A DNA stretch of 48,160 nucleotides from UHGV virus genome UHGV-1333633; one strand, written 5' to 3'. Positions 34,736 through 43,890 of the stretch are shown here, in pieces (position 1 is the stretch's first letter; each line of letters begins with the position of its first letter). The notes beneath the pieces were generated by a model. The model searched no databases. It saw only the letters and a program-made list of their open reading frames with translations, and was not told where the DNA came from. A program made the translations under genes and the position numbers. This DNA is from a virus.

Positions 34736-35830
34736 ATGCAAATCACCGTAACGCACAATGACCGTAAAAGTTTCGCACTGAATTCCCAACGTGTTTACAC
34801 GGATGAGGGATTTCTGCGTGTGCCGGGTAAAGCCGCTCGTACTGGTATTCAGGAATATCTCGCTTCGGAACTGGGACTGAAAGACCGCGCACCGAACGAC
34901 ATTATCCGTGTATACCGTCCCGCCGAAGAAGTGTTTAACGATGAATCACTTCAGAGCTATCTCGGCGCAGATGTCACGAATAACCATCCTCCTACGCTTG
35001 TCAATGCTTCCACGTACCGTAACACTTCCGTTGGTGTTGTAACGAGTGTTGGTCGTCAGGATGGCGATTTTGTCATTGTGGATATGGTTATCAAGGATAA
35101 AGACGCGATTAAGGCTGTCGAAACCGGTAAGTGTGAGTTGTCAGCGGGTTACACGGCGGTGTATGATGACACACCAGGGACAACGCCGGAAGGTGAACCA
35201 TACGACTTCCGACAGACTCAGATTAAAATTAACCACGTTGCAATTGTTGACCGTGCTCGTGCGGGTGCAATGGCGCGTATCTTCGATAATATGGAGAAAA
35301 AACCCATGTATCAAATCACCACTGACACCGGACTAAAAGTTGATGTGGCGGATGCTGCGGTGGTAGACGCGTTCAAACGCTTGGAACAGCGTGTCAGTGA
35401 CGCCGAAGCCGCCAAAGAAACCGTACAGGCTCAACTCGACGCAGCAATGGAACAGGTTGCCGACCTGACCACCAAATGCAGCGACGAAGCCCTGAAAGCA
35501 CGCGTGGAAGCAATTGCACGTGTTACCACCTCAGCGCGTAAAGTTGCTGGCGATGAATTCACCTGTGACAGCATGGACCCGGTTGCAATCAAACGTGCCG
35601 CTCTTGCTGTCAAACGTCCGTCTGTTGACTGGGCTGAAAAATCTACCGCCTATGTTGAAGCCGCTTTCGACATGGCGGTGGAAGAACCGGTGAAACCTGT
35701 GGTAGACTCACAACTTGAGCAACTGGCTAAAGATGGCGCTAAAGACATCAAACAGCCGGTAGCCGACGCAAAACCTGTACTGTCCCGCGCACAAGAAGCA
35801 CTGCTGCGTCAGACTGGTAAACTTAAATAA
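34736..35830 (+). CDS. scaffold/prohead protease-like protein (DUF2213-like); start uncertain (34709 or 34736)
   Basis: Precedes the DUF2190-like and DUF2184-like capsid genes. C-terminal coiled-coil, Ala-rich scaffold-like region. Confidence 0.45.
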   Translation: MQITVTHNDRKSFALNSQRVYTDEGFLRVPGKAARTGIQEYLASELGLKDRAPNDIIRVYRPAEEVFNDESLQSYLGADVTNNHPPTLVNASTYRNTSVGVVTSVGRQDGDFVIVDMVIKDKDAIKAVETGKCELSAGYTAVYDDTPGTTPEGEPYDFRQTQIKINHVAIVDRARAGAMARIFDNMEKKPMYQITTDTGLKVDVADAAVVDAFKRLEQRVSDAEAAKETVQAQLDAAMEQVADLTTKCSDEALKARVEAIARVTTSARKVAGDEFTCDSMDPVAIKRAALAVKRPSVDWAEKSTAYVEAAFDMAVEEPVKPVVDSQLEQLAKDGAKDIKQPVADAKPVLSRAQEALLRQTGKLK

Positions 35831-35841
35831 GGGTGACATAG

Positions 35842-36330
35842 ATGGCTATTACTGCAACCAGCTACGGTCTGAATCACGACGCAGCCTTTACCGGGATGGT
35901 CGCCGACGGACAAGTGGCAAATATCGTTTCCAAAATCAACGATGACACCGCAACCGTCGCATATGGTAAAGGTGTTGTACGTAGCGGCGAGAAAGGCTTT
36001 AAGGCTGCAACCTCCGCATCTGTAGCGGGTGACTTCGTAGGTGTACTGGTTCGTGAACTGAACCGCTCATACGCTGACGGCACAACTTTCGGCGCTCCGG
36101 TCGACCGTCCGGCATCTGTGCTCACCGCTGGCGTAATCTGGGTAACCGTGGCGGAGGCTGTTGCCGTTGGTGACGCTGCATATCTGCGTGTTGGTGCGAC
36201 TCAGACCGGTGATTTCGCTAACGCAGTGGGTACTGATGCGACTCTGTCGGTTGCCATTCCTGGTGCTAAATTCCTCACTGCCGCGGCATCCGGTGGTCTG
36301 GCTAAACTGTCTCTGGTTGTTGGGGGTTAA
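35842..36330 (+). CDS. structural protein (DUF2190-like; decoration/head fiber candidate)
   Basis: Gly/Ala/Val-rich 162 aa located between the scaffold and the capsid gene. Confidence 0.4.
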   Translation: MAITATSYGLNHDAAFTGMVADGQVANIVSKINDDTATVAYGKGVVRSGEKGFKAATSASVAGDFVGVLVRELNRSYADGTTFGAPVDRPASVLTAGVIWVTVAEAVAVGDAAYLRVGATQTGDFANAVGTDATLSVAIPGAKFLTAAASGGLAKLSLVVGG

Positions 36331-36332
36331 TA

Positions 36333-37367
36333 ATGGATAAGTTAAACAGCGTTGTACTTGACGCACAGACTATCGCGGGTAACCCGTGGGTTAAACAGTA
36401 TCTGGACGGTCAGAACGCTATCAACGTTCCGGCTGAATTCCGTGATGCTGACGGCGGTATCGCGTTCTATATCTCTCAGCTGGCACAGATTGAGCAGACT
36501 ATCTATGAGACGCCGTATGCGGATATCACCTATCTGCAGGACATCCCGGTTGTATCCGGCATCCCGGAACATGCGAACCACTGGGTGTATCGGAGCTTCG
36601 ATGGGCGCACTATTGGGAAGTTCATCGGCGCAAACGCATCCGACCTGCCGCGTGTTGCTCAGTCTGCGAAACTCCACACTGTACCTCTGAACTACGGCGG
36701 CATCGAGTGCCACTATAGTATTGACGAGCTGCGCACCACTGCGTCTCAGAACATGCCGATTGACACCATGCAGCAGCAGCTGGCATATCGTGGCTACGAA
36801 GAGCACAGTCAGAAAGTGGCTTACTTCGGTGACTCACAGCTGGGAATGGCCGGTCTGTTCAACAACTTGAATGTGACGACCACTTCGGCGACTGTTGACT
36901 ACACCACCGCCACTGGTCAAGAGTTGTTCGACATGCTCAATGACCCACTGTTTGACATCATCAAACTGTCCAAAAATTTCCATGTTCCGAATACCGTCCG
37001 TGTGTTCCCGGACCTGTGGAAACGCATGAACAGCCTGCTGATGACTGGTTACTCCGACACCACCGTGATGGAGTTTTTCAAAACCAACAACGCGTACACT
37101 CTGATGACCGGTCAGGAAATCGACATCGCAATCCGTTTCCAGCTGACCGCTGCGGAACTGGCCGCAGGTGGTGTGTCCAACGGTTCAAAAGACCGTGTGT
37201 TCATCTACGAGAAGAACGACCGCAACCTGGGTGTTGCCAAGCCGATTCCTTTCCGTATGCTGGCACCGCAGAATAAGGGTCTGGCTGTAACTGTACCAGC
37301 AGAGTACAAAATTTCAGGTGTGGAAATTCGCTATCCTTTGAGTGCGATCTACCTCGATATGCTGTAA
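36333..37367 (+). CDS. major capsid protein (DUF2184 / encapsulin-like fold family)
   Basis: 344 aa. Followed by the strongest terminator in the window. Confidence 0.7.
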   Translation: MDKLNSVVLDAQTIAGNPWVKQYLDGQNAINVPAEFRDADGGIAFYISQLAQIEQTIYETPYADITYLQDIPVVSGIPEHANHWVYRSFDGRTIGKFIGANASDLPRVAQSAKLHTVPLNYGGIECHYSIDELRTTASQNMPIDTMQQQLAYRGYEEHSQKVAYFGDSQLGMAGLFNNLNVTTTSATVDYTTATGQELFDMLNDPLFDIIKLSKNFHVPNTVRVFPDLWKRMNSLLMTGYSDTTVMEFFKTNNAYTLMTGQEIDIAIRFQLTAAELAAGGVSNGSKDRVFIYEKNDRNLGVAKPIPFRMLAPQNKGLAVTVPAEYKISGVEIRYPLSAIYLDML

Positions 37368-37390
37368 TACCTACCCTCAGTAGCATCCCA

Positions 37391-37416
37391 AGCCCTCTTC
37401 GGAGGGCTTTTCTTTG
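37391..37416 (+). terminator. intrinsic terminator agccctc-ttcg-gagggct + T-tract
   Basis: Read directly. Confidence 0.75.
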
Positions 37417-37471
37417 ATTATCGGAAAGGGTAGAATAATGACGGGTATGTATTACAACTAAGGGTGATTTT

Positions 37472-37789
37472 ATGATTACTGTAAAGAATGTCTCACTGCG
37501 TGCGTTCGCGTTTCCGGGTAAGGGCGACATTCACGAGCGAGTTGTTGCGCCGGGTGATGCGAAGGAGATTGAACTAACGATTCCGGTATATAAGTTCGTA
37601 TCGACATACGTGAACGCGGGTGAACTGGAGGTTATTTCCGGTGAACTGGTCAACCCTGACTCAGACGCAGACGATGTGACCATTGACGAACTTCGCGTAG
37701 AAGCCGAAGAACTGGGTATCAAAGTTGACGCGCGCTGGAAGAAGTCGCGACTTCAGCAGGAAATTGAGGCAGCAAAATCAGCCTCTTAA
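37472..37789 (+). CDS. hypothetical protein with C-terminal Rho_N-like helix
   Basis: DELRVEAEELGIKVDARWKKSRLQQEIE. Confidence 0.4.
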   Translation: MITVKNVSLRAFAFPGKGDIHERVVAPGDAKEIELTIPVYKFVSTYVNAGELEVISGELVNPDSDADDVTIDELRVEAEELGIKVDARWKKSRLQQEIEAAKSAS

Positions 37790-37807
37790 TTAACATAGGG
37801 GTGTGAA

Positions 37808-38392
37808 ATGGCTTTTCCGTCAAATGTAATTCCACCCTCACAACAGCCCCTGTCTGAACTCCTGGATATCTGGGAGAGACAGGGGTATGTTTTTGAGGCT
37901 TCCACTGTTACCAGCGTTGCCGCAGGTGCATCGAATAAAACCATCTTCGTCGCCGGGTCACGTCCGGTAATCCTCTTCGACCGTCAGTTGTCATACGATG
38001 GCGTCGGTGTGAACGCCGCAATCTTTCGCGCGCCCACGTACACTGGTGGCACACTTGTTACTGAAATTAACAACGCCAACGACATCATTGCACAGGGCAA
38101 TACGGCCAACATCTACAGCGGTGCAACGGTGACGGCAGACGGTATCCAGACCCGTTCGGTAAAATATATTTTCGGTAATACCAGTAACCAGTCCAGAGGC
38201 GCAGCATTAAGTGCAATATCAAGTCCACAATTGATTTTACCTGGCGCAGTGCTTAATCTGGTACTGACGAATCGTGACACTAACGCGGCGCAGAACATTG
38301 CAACACATTTGCGCTGGGCCGAACCACCAACAATTCCAGGACTGGTCATTCAGAATGGTCAGTTTGTAAGCTACAACGGGGTCAATCTATGA
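37808..38392 (+). CDS. hypothetical structural protein
   Basis: 194-aa ORF in the head-completion region. Confidence 0.4.
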   Translation: MAFPSNVIPPSQQPLSELLDIWERQGYVFEASTVTSVAAGASNKTIFVAGSRPVILFDRQLSYDGVGVNAAIFRAPTYTGGTLVTEINNANDIIAQGNTANIYSGATVTADGIQTRSVKYIFGNTSNQSRGAALSAISSPQLILPGAVLNLVLTNRDTNAAQNIATHLRWAEPPTIPGLVIQNGQFVSYNGVNL

Positions 38393-38745
38393 GCGGTTAT
38401 CAATACACTATCACACTGGCTACAACGGCAGACGGCACGTATGAGACTGGACTCATTGACCAGAATCACAACAAATGCGACTTCCGTGTGGCGTTCTATA
38501 ACTCCAGTGGTGCTATCGTTACGCCGACAGCCGGCACCGTCACACCAACGATGCAGTTACTTCCCGGTCAGTGGATGGCACCCGGCACCGGTGATGTGAG
38601 CGTGGATGCAACGAAATGCGGTGCCGCTGCGACATACAGTCCCCCGGTGTTCAACACGTCTGCAACGAAAGGTCGTATCGTACTGTCTGGTATCACTGGT
38701 ACTGACATTGCCAAAGTCGTCGCTGTATTCACTGTGGGTATGTAA
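38389..38745 (+). CDS. hypothetical structural protein
   Basis: 118 aa, ATGA-coupled. Confidence 0.4.
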   Translation: MSGYQYTITLATTADGTYETGLIDQNHNKCDFRVAFYNSSGAIVTPTAGTVTPTMQLLPGQWMAPGTGDVSVDATKCGAAATYSPPVFNTSATKGRIVLSGITGTDIAKVVAVFTVGM

Positions 38746-38746
38746 C

Positions 38747-39166
38747 ATGGATATCACCGCCGAAGTTATCGCAGATTTTCGCATCTGGCCGCTCGGTGGT
38801 CAGGCTTTCTCGTCCACTACCGATTTCCCGGACAGCCTCATTCAGTACGCATTGTGTGAGGCTGATACCGAGACGGGTAGTAAGCGCTGGGGAAGTTACG
38901 AGGCGGCGTGCGGGAACCTGAAACAACGCGGAATGTTCTATTATGCCGCACACTGGCTCGCTGTTTACTATCCGGAAGGACTGAACAGTGATGTCAATCA
39001 GGAAGCACGTCTTAACGTGGCGACAAAATCCGTAGGGGATGAGTCTATTTCATATCGTGTCCCGGCAATGCTTGAGGTCAACAATGACTGGCTAACCTGG
39101 TCCGTATATGGGCAGCAGTTCTACAGGCTCCGTAAACGCGTCGGTATGGGCGCATTAGCCATATGA
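38747..39166 (+). CDS. head-tail connector-like protein (DUF4054-like)
   Basis: Start MDITAEV immediately after the previous stop. Family typical near DUF2184 capsids. Confidence 0.4.
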   Translation: MDITAEVIADFRIWPLGGQAFSSTTDFPDSLIQYALCEADTETGSKRWGSYEAACGNLKQRGMFYYAAHWLAVYYPEGLNSDVNQEARLNVATKSVGDESISYRVPAMLEVNNDWLTWSVYGQQFYRLRKRVGMGALAI

Positions 39167-39175
39167 GGTAATTGA

Positions 39176-39805
39176 ATGTCGGTAACAACTTACGAAGTTC
39201 TTTCTGCTAATACAGTTAGCGAACTCGTTGCGCTCGTCAATGCTGCAACAGGTAAAACGCCACTTGGTGAGATATTCATCCGAGGTGGTGCGCCTCGACA
39301 GGTGGTTGTCACAGGTGAGCCGGTAAGCGGGTACATCTCCGACGATTATCAGGCTGTTGTTGGTGTAGACCCCCAGGGTCTGGCTGACGCTGTAATGGCT
39401 GTCATGACTGATGAGATTCAGCCATTAGGTGCGCCAATCATCCGTAACAATACAATGATTCAAATGATGGGAACCGTGACCCCTTCAAGTAGCGGCTCTG
39501 TGGCGTGGGGTGATATTACCGGGAAACCTACTGTTATCGCCGCGGGTGCGGACGCCACCGCGGCACGTACCGCAATTGGTGCGGGCACTTCGAGTCTGGT
39601 CATTGGTACAACCGCATCAACGGCGATGGCTGGTGATAAGTTTACGCAAGGCTCAGCGGTCCACAATGTCGGATCGCAGACGGTATCGGGAGAGGATGCG
39701 ACAGCCGTGGCTGCCTCGGCAACTACGGCTGTTAACACGGTGGCGACAAAATTAAATGACCTGCTTACCCAACTGCGTGCCTCTGGCATTATTGCATCGA
39801 ACTAA
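39176..39805 (+). CDS. fiber-repeat-containing structural protein
   Basis: GDITGKPT...TAARTAIGAG resembles phage tail-fibre repeat motifs. Confidence 0.4.
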   Translation: MSVTTYEVLSANTVSELVALVNAATGKTPLGEIFIRGGAPRQVVVTGEPVSGYISDDYQAVVGVDPQGLADAVMAVMTDEIQPLGAPIIRNNTMIQMMGTVTPSSSGSVAWGDITGKPTVIAAGADATAARTAIGAGTSSLVIGTTASTAMAGDKFTQGSAVHNVGSQTVSGEDATAVAASATTAVNTVATKLNDLLTQLRASGIIASN

Positions 39806-39813
39806 TTAATATG

Positions 39814-39835
39814 AGCCCCTCACGGGGCTTTATTC
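39814..39835. terminator. hairpin agcccct-cac-ggggct between convergent units
   Basis: Read directly. Weak U tract. Confidence 0.4.
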
Positions 39836-39964
39836 ACCAATCCTCCCGGCGTAGTGACGACCGTAATACTTCATGATGACCTTGTCAGCACATAAATAAC
39901 CTTCATCCTCAACCACGATACCTCTGATAATGAAGAAGCTACGATAGTGTTTTGTTCTCATCAT
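39830..39964 (-). CDS. small ORF (44 aa), ATGA-coupled to the AP2 gene
   Basis: Below the track cutoff. MMRTKHYRSFFIIRG... Confidence 0.3.
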   Translation of the reverse strand: MMRTKHYRSFFIIRGIVVEDEGYLCADKVIMKYYGRHYAGRIGE

Positions 39965-40257
39965 GACCTCGAATATGGTTCGCGTTTTGGACCTTTCGGT
40001 ATCTCCTGCGGAGTGAATCCGCGCTCACGCCAGAAGTACCACAGTTTTCTTGCCAACAACGCGCGATGTGGAGTATTGAAACAACCGACCGTCAGCGTGA
40101 CATTCCTGTAGAAGACCACCGCCTCCCACTTGCCATACCTGTGATGAATCCCGGGAACTCGCGCGAGATGTAACTCACGCGACGCAATCCTGTCACACTT
40201 CTTACGCCATTGTTTCGTGGGGACATGACGCAGGATATCTTCAACAAGGCTTCCCAT
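39961..40257 (-). CDS. AP2-domain DNA-binding protein (HNH-endonuclease-associated type), stand-alone
   Basis: HHRYGKWEAVVFYRNVTLTVGCFNTPHRALLARKLW fits the AP2 beta-sheet/helix pattern. Confidence 0.5.
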   Translation of the reverse strand: MGSLVEDILRHVPTKQWRKKCDRIASRELHLARVPGIHHRYGKWEAVVFYRNVTLTVGCFNTPHRALLARKLWYFWRERGFTPQEIPKGPKREPYSRS

Positions 40258-40305
40258 AATTTATAAACCCTCTCTCTCTAATTCGTGTACTGAGTGTATC
40301 AATGG

Positions 40306-40321
40306 TTGACGAATCCGTCAA
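40306..40321 (-). promoter_or_regulatory. palindrome TTGACGAATCCGTCAA. Minus promoter TTGACG-17-TACACT for the AP2 gene.
   Basis: Read on the reverse complement. RBS gagagagaggg. Confidence 0.5.
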
Positions 40322-40343
40322 TACCACGCGATGACGTCGAGGC

Positions 40344-40500
40344 TAATTTCATTCCGATCAAAAAGTGAACAACTTTGTAGTACAATATAATTACAGTGTA
40401 CTACCGTATAATTTCATTCCGATCAAAAAGTGAACAACTTTGTAGTACAATATAATTACAGTGTACTACCGTATAATTTCATTCCGATCAAAAAGTGAAC
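40344..40500. repeat. 65-bp direct tandem repeat, 2.4 copies. Each unit carries the 8-bp inverted repeat GTAGTACA-N12-TGTACTAC and a cgTATAAT element.
   Basis: Period 65 (40344, 40409, 40474). Palindromes at 40377..40404 and 40442..40469. Confidence 0.85.
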
Positions 40501-40514
40501 GATTACCCGAAAAC

Positions 40515-40787
40515 ACCCCGAAAATGGTAAATCATCAGGGTGGAGAATTTACTTTCACAATCAGCAGCTTACGCGCATAACCGAAAACCCCGTACATTTT
40601 CGCTATATTCTCTCTTCTCTCTTGTTACCGTTTGTATGTTGTCTATATACATTCTTTTACTATCTTACTACTATACTAATTATTATTTTATAAGGGTATA
40701 AGGGTAATAAGTAGTATAGTACTGAAAGTTAAAGAGTTTTTGATACCCCGATGAAGTACCCCGAACGAGTTTTAACGGGGTGTGTGG
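40515..40787. repeat. 273-bp regulatory module, copy B, upstream of the neck/tail operon
   Basis: Near-identical to 28352..28624. Confidence 0.85.
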
Positions 40788-40836
40788 ATACTGGCGCAAC
40801 GTTGTGTGATAATGTCTTGACAAACGAGGGCACACT

Positions 40837-41340
40837 ATGTCAGTCAACATTAAAGCGCTACAGCAAGCCAAACAGGCAATACGTTCGAAACTGGAGCAAT
40901 ACGCTAAAGCCGGTCAGAAGACTGTGACCGTCGGTATCCATTCGGACGCAGGTGAACATCCTGACTCCGGTATGACAAATGCCCAGCTTGGCGCATTGCT
41001 GAATTACGGTAACCCGAATAACAAGCTATACGGTAATCCCGCACCTATTCCACCGCGCCCCTGGCTGATACCCGGTGTGCAAAGCGGTAAACAGGACATC
41101 GTGGATACCATTGCTCATGGTATAGCTAATGATTTACCGCTTGACCGGGTGCTGGAACAAGTGGGCGCGTTTGCGGCTGGTGCGGTTCAACAATACATGA
41201 CTGACCTCGACACTCCTCCGAACAGTCCGTACACTATCGCTCGGAAGGGTTCCAGTTCGCCGCTTATTGATACTGGCGCTCTACGGGCGAGCGTAACGTA
41301 CAAGGTCACCAACGAAAAACCTGATGAGGGTATCTTATGA
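40837..41340 (+). CDS. neck/virion morphogenesis protein
   Basis: 167 aa. First gene after repeat copy B. Confidence 0.4.
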   Translation: MSVNIKALQQAKQAIRSKLEQYAKAGQKTVTVGIHSDAGEHPDSGMTNAQLGALLNYGNPNNKLYGNPAPIPPRPWLIPGVQSGKQDIVDTIAHGIANDLPLDRVLEQVGAFAAGAVQQYMTDLDTPPNSPYTIARKGSSSPLIDTGALRASVTYKVTNEKPDEGIL

Positions 41341-41690
41341 GTCTGTCAATGCGTGGTCACATTGACAACGCGTTTAAATCTGTACCGGCGACACACGTGG
41401 GTAAATCTGGTACATACGTGGATGGTATCTGGACGACAACGACCTCCCACCCCGTGAGCTTCACAGTCAACGTCCAGCCACTTAATGGTAGGGAGTTGGA
41501 CTTCCTTCAGCGTGGTGGTCAGCGCATTGTTGACCCGCGTAAAATCTACGTCAACAGCGGCGACCTCGACTTAATTGCACTCGATGGTGAGTGGGTGTTC
41601 CTGGGACAACGTTGGAAAGTAATCCAAACCGATAATCGTCCGTGGCGGAAATATTGCAAGGTGGTGGTAGACCGGTATGACCAACAATGA
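41337..41690 (+). CDS. tail completion/neck protein
   Basis: 117 aa, ATGA-coupled. Confidence 0.4.
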   Translation: MSLSMRGHIDNAFKSVPATHVGKSGTYVDGIWTTTTSHPVSFTVNVQPLNGRELDFLQRGGQRIVDPRKIYVNSGDLDLIALDGEWVFLGQRWKVIQTDNRPWRKYCKVVVDRYDQQ

Positions 41691-42258
41691 AATCTTTGCG
41701 GCTCTCAGACCGCATATAATCAACGTGACGGGCATTTCTGAGTGTATCCTTGCCGACCCTAATGGTATGGCTCCGGAAGGTCCCTACGCCTCTCTGAGGC
41801 CGCGACAATCGATTCGTGAGCGGGGTCAGGCGAACATCGTCGTGAGAGACGGCGAGAATGACACTATCGTGTATGAAATTCGCGCTCAAATCGTCGCCGA
41901 CTGTGATGTCAACTTCTTTCGTGGTGAAGCGATGCGATACGCCGAACTACTCAAGGAGTGTCACAAACGCCCGGACGTGTGCTGGCCCCTGTGGAAATTG
42001 GGTATTGGTTGGGGTGGGACCGAACCGGTACAAAACCTAACTGCGCTGCAAGCCAGTAATTTCGAAGAACGGTCACAGATAACCATCAAGTTGTTATACG
42101 AGTCGGTCAATACGGTAACTGTGAATAACATTCGCCGGGTACCGTTCAGCATCGCCGACGGTAACGCCGAAGTCTATTTCGAGAACGGAACGGTCCAATT
42201 ACGTTACGTGGAAACAGAATCCGGTATACTCTATCAATCCGGTGAAATTTCGATATAA
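41677..42258 (+). CDS. tail terminator/sheath stabiliser candidate
   Basis: 193 aa, overlapping coupling. Confidence 0.35.
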   Translation: MTNNEIFAALRPHIINVTGISECILADPNGMAPEGPYASLRPRQSIRERGQANIVVRDGENDTIVYEIRAQIVADCDVNFFRGEAMRYAELLKECHKRPDVCWPLWKLGIGWGGTEPVQNLTALQASNFEERSQITIKLLYESVNTVTVNNIRRVPFSIADGNAEVYFENGTVQLRYVETESGILYQSGEISI

Positions 42259-42283
42259 TGGTCAACGTGTGCACACTGTAACT

Positions 42284-42299
42284 TACGAGGACTCGTAAA
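42284..42299. promoter_or_regulatory. variant palindrome TTACGAGGACTCGTAA 2 nt before the sheath-like gene ATG
   Basis: Perfect 7-bp arms. Shares the GGACTCGT core with the family. Confidence 0.3.
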
Positions 42300-42300
42300 C

Positions 42301-43434
42301 ATGTTTCCAATTGAACAAATCATCCCAATCACAACCCGGATTTCTCCGGCGGGATTAAGTACGGCAAACTTCGCTTCCGCGATGTTGTTTGCCAATAAGA
42401 CCGAACTCCCGAGCGACTTCACCAAAGACACGGTGCGTACCTACTATTCCACCTCGTCTCTCGCTGCTGACTTCGCTCCCACAACCGAGACGTATAAGGC
42501 TGGTGCCAAATTCCTTGGCTCCACTCCGGCGGTACCGAAACTCACCGTGTGGGCTACCGCTGACGATGATGTCGATATCAAAGCAACGCTTGCCAAGGCG
42601 TTCAATAAGTATTACTGGTACTGGACTCTTGTCACCAAAGATGTACTGGGGACGGAGGCCGACGTACTGGCGATTGCATCGTGGTGTGAAGAGAACAGCG
42701 TCATGTTCCCTAACAGTCAGACCGGTGAAGCCGTGGTTAAAATTCGTAACCCGGACGCCAATGACGACATCTGTTCGAAGCTGAACACGCTGGGCTATCG
42801 TCACGCGTTTACCGTTGCTCATGCAACCGACCCGTATGCGGCCTATGCGCTCATCAAGCACTCTGCCTCGGTCAACTACAGTGCCGATAACAGCACTATT
42901 GACACTGAGTTTAAGAAATCTCCTGGTGTTGCTGCTGAAGACCTGTCCGACACCGAACAGAACGCGATGGTCACCAAACGTTGCGCATTCTACAGCGTGC
43001 TTGACCTACAGGGGAGCACCGACAGCGGTCGCTGGCTGCAGACGTGGTCGCACAGTACCTACGGTGAGTCCATTTCCGACATCGTCGATTTGGACGCGTT
43101 TGTGAACTCTCTGCGTGTGGAACTGTACAATACCATTGTCAACCAGACCACCAAACTCCCGCAGACTCCGGTTGGTCAGGAAGCGCTCATCGGTGCGGCC
43201 AAACGTGTGGGTAGACAATATATTCGCAACCGTTATCTCGGCCCACGCAATTACATCAGTCCCGACACCGGTCTGGAAGCGTACACCGAGGGATTCGAAG
43301 TGCTGACTAAAGCGACGGATATTCTCGACCTGTCCGATTCTGACCGCGCGGCACGTAAGTCTGCACCGATTAACATGCGTGTGTTCAAAGCTGGTAGCGT
43401 CAGAATTTGTGACGTCACCGTTGACGTTTATTAA
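42301..43434 (+). CDS. major tail protein, sheath-like (DUF3383-like)
   Basis: 377 aa. Followed by a small tube-like gene. The baseplate genes are of contractile-tail type. Confidence 0.4.
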   Translation: MFPIEQIIPITTRISPAGLSTANFASAMLFANKTELPSDFTKDTVRTYYSTSSLAADFAPTTETYKAGAKFLGSTPAVPKLTVWATADDDVDIKATLAKAFNKYYWYWTLVTKDVLGTEADVLAIASWCEENSVMFPNSQTGEAVVKIRNPDANDDICSKLNTLGYRHAFTVAHATDPYAAYALIKHSASVNYSADNSTIDTEFKKSPGVAAEDLSDTEQNAMVTKRCAFYSVLDLQGSTDSGRWLQTWSHSTYGESISDIVDLDAFVNSLRVELYNTIVNQTTKLPQTPVGQEALIGAAKRVGRQYIRNRYLGPRNYISPDTGLEAYTEGFEVLTKATDILDLSDSDRAARKSAPINMRVFKAGSVRICDVTVDVY

Positions 43435-43447
43435 TGGAGAATGACCG

Positions 43448-43864
43448 ATGTCATTAGAAAACTTTTCCACAAGTAACACGGTCATCACAATTAATGGCCG
43501 CATCATCACTTCATTCGGGGAGTCCGACCCGCCGTACACTGACGAGCCGATTGACGCGTCAACTGTGTTACGTCGTGGTCTGGGTGGTAATGCTATTCGT
43601 CTGGACCGTATCAACCCGGGTCGTCGTGTCACACTGAACCTAAACCCTGGTTCGGCTGACTCCGCGTATATTAACGGACTGTTTCAGAGTAAGGCCAACA
43701 TCGAGTTGACCTATACTCAAATCGGCACACTTGACGCCGCTGTGGGCACAGAAGGTGTGATTGTGAATGATGGTCCGCGCGGGCGTGGTGGTCAGACAAT
43801 TACCGATGACCAGTGGATTTTTGAGTTCAATTCATGGACTGCGACAAAGGGTCCAGCAAGCTAA
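43448..43864 (+). CDS. tail tube-like protein (DUF3277-like)
   Basis: 138 aa directly after the sheath-like gene. Confidence 0.4.
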   Translation: MSLENFSTSNTVITINGRIITSFGESDPPYTDEPIDASTVLRRGLGGNAIRLDRINPGRRVTLNLNPGSADSAYINGLFQSKANIELTYTQIGTLDAAVGTEGVIVNDGPRGRGGQTITDDQWIFEFNSWTATKGPAS

Positions 43865-43890
43865 ATGAAAGGGGCCATCAGGCCCCTTTT
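43845..43890. repeat. direct repeat L (tube gene 3' end + terminator) flanking the homing-endonuclease gene. Partner at 45393..45435.
   Basis: caaagggtccagcaagctaaatgaaaggggccatcaggcccctttt versus caagggtccggcaagctaaacaaaaggggccatcgggcccctt. Confidence 0.8.
43866..43890 (+). terminator. terminator aggggcc-atca-ggcccct + TTTT after the tube gene. The stop codon of the minus-strand HEG lies in its loop.
   Basis: Read directly. Confidence 0.6.

Noticed and set aside
36342-36837. Minus-strand ORFs 36342..36806 and 36622..36837 inside the major capsid gene
   Set aside because: Antisense to a strongly supported structural gene. No independent signals.
40344-40500. Possible CRISPR array
   Set aside because: Only 2.4 identical 65-bp units directly abutting with no intervening unique spacers and no cas genes. 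This is a tandem repeat, not a CRISPR.
42284-42299. Variant palindrome TTACGAGGACTCGTAA as a sheath-gene promoter
   Set aside because: It ends 2 nt before the ATG and has no -10 at a usable distance. It is probably a degenerate or ancestral copy of the family site rather than an active promoter. It is still listed as a low-confidence regulatory feature.
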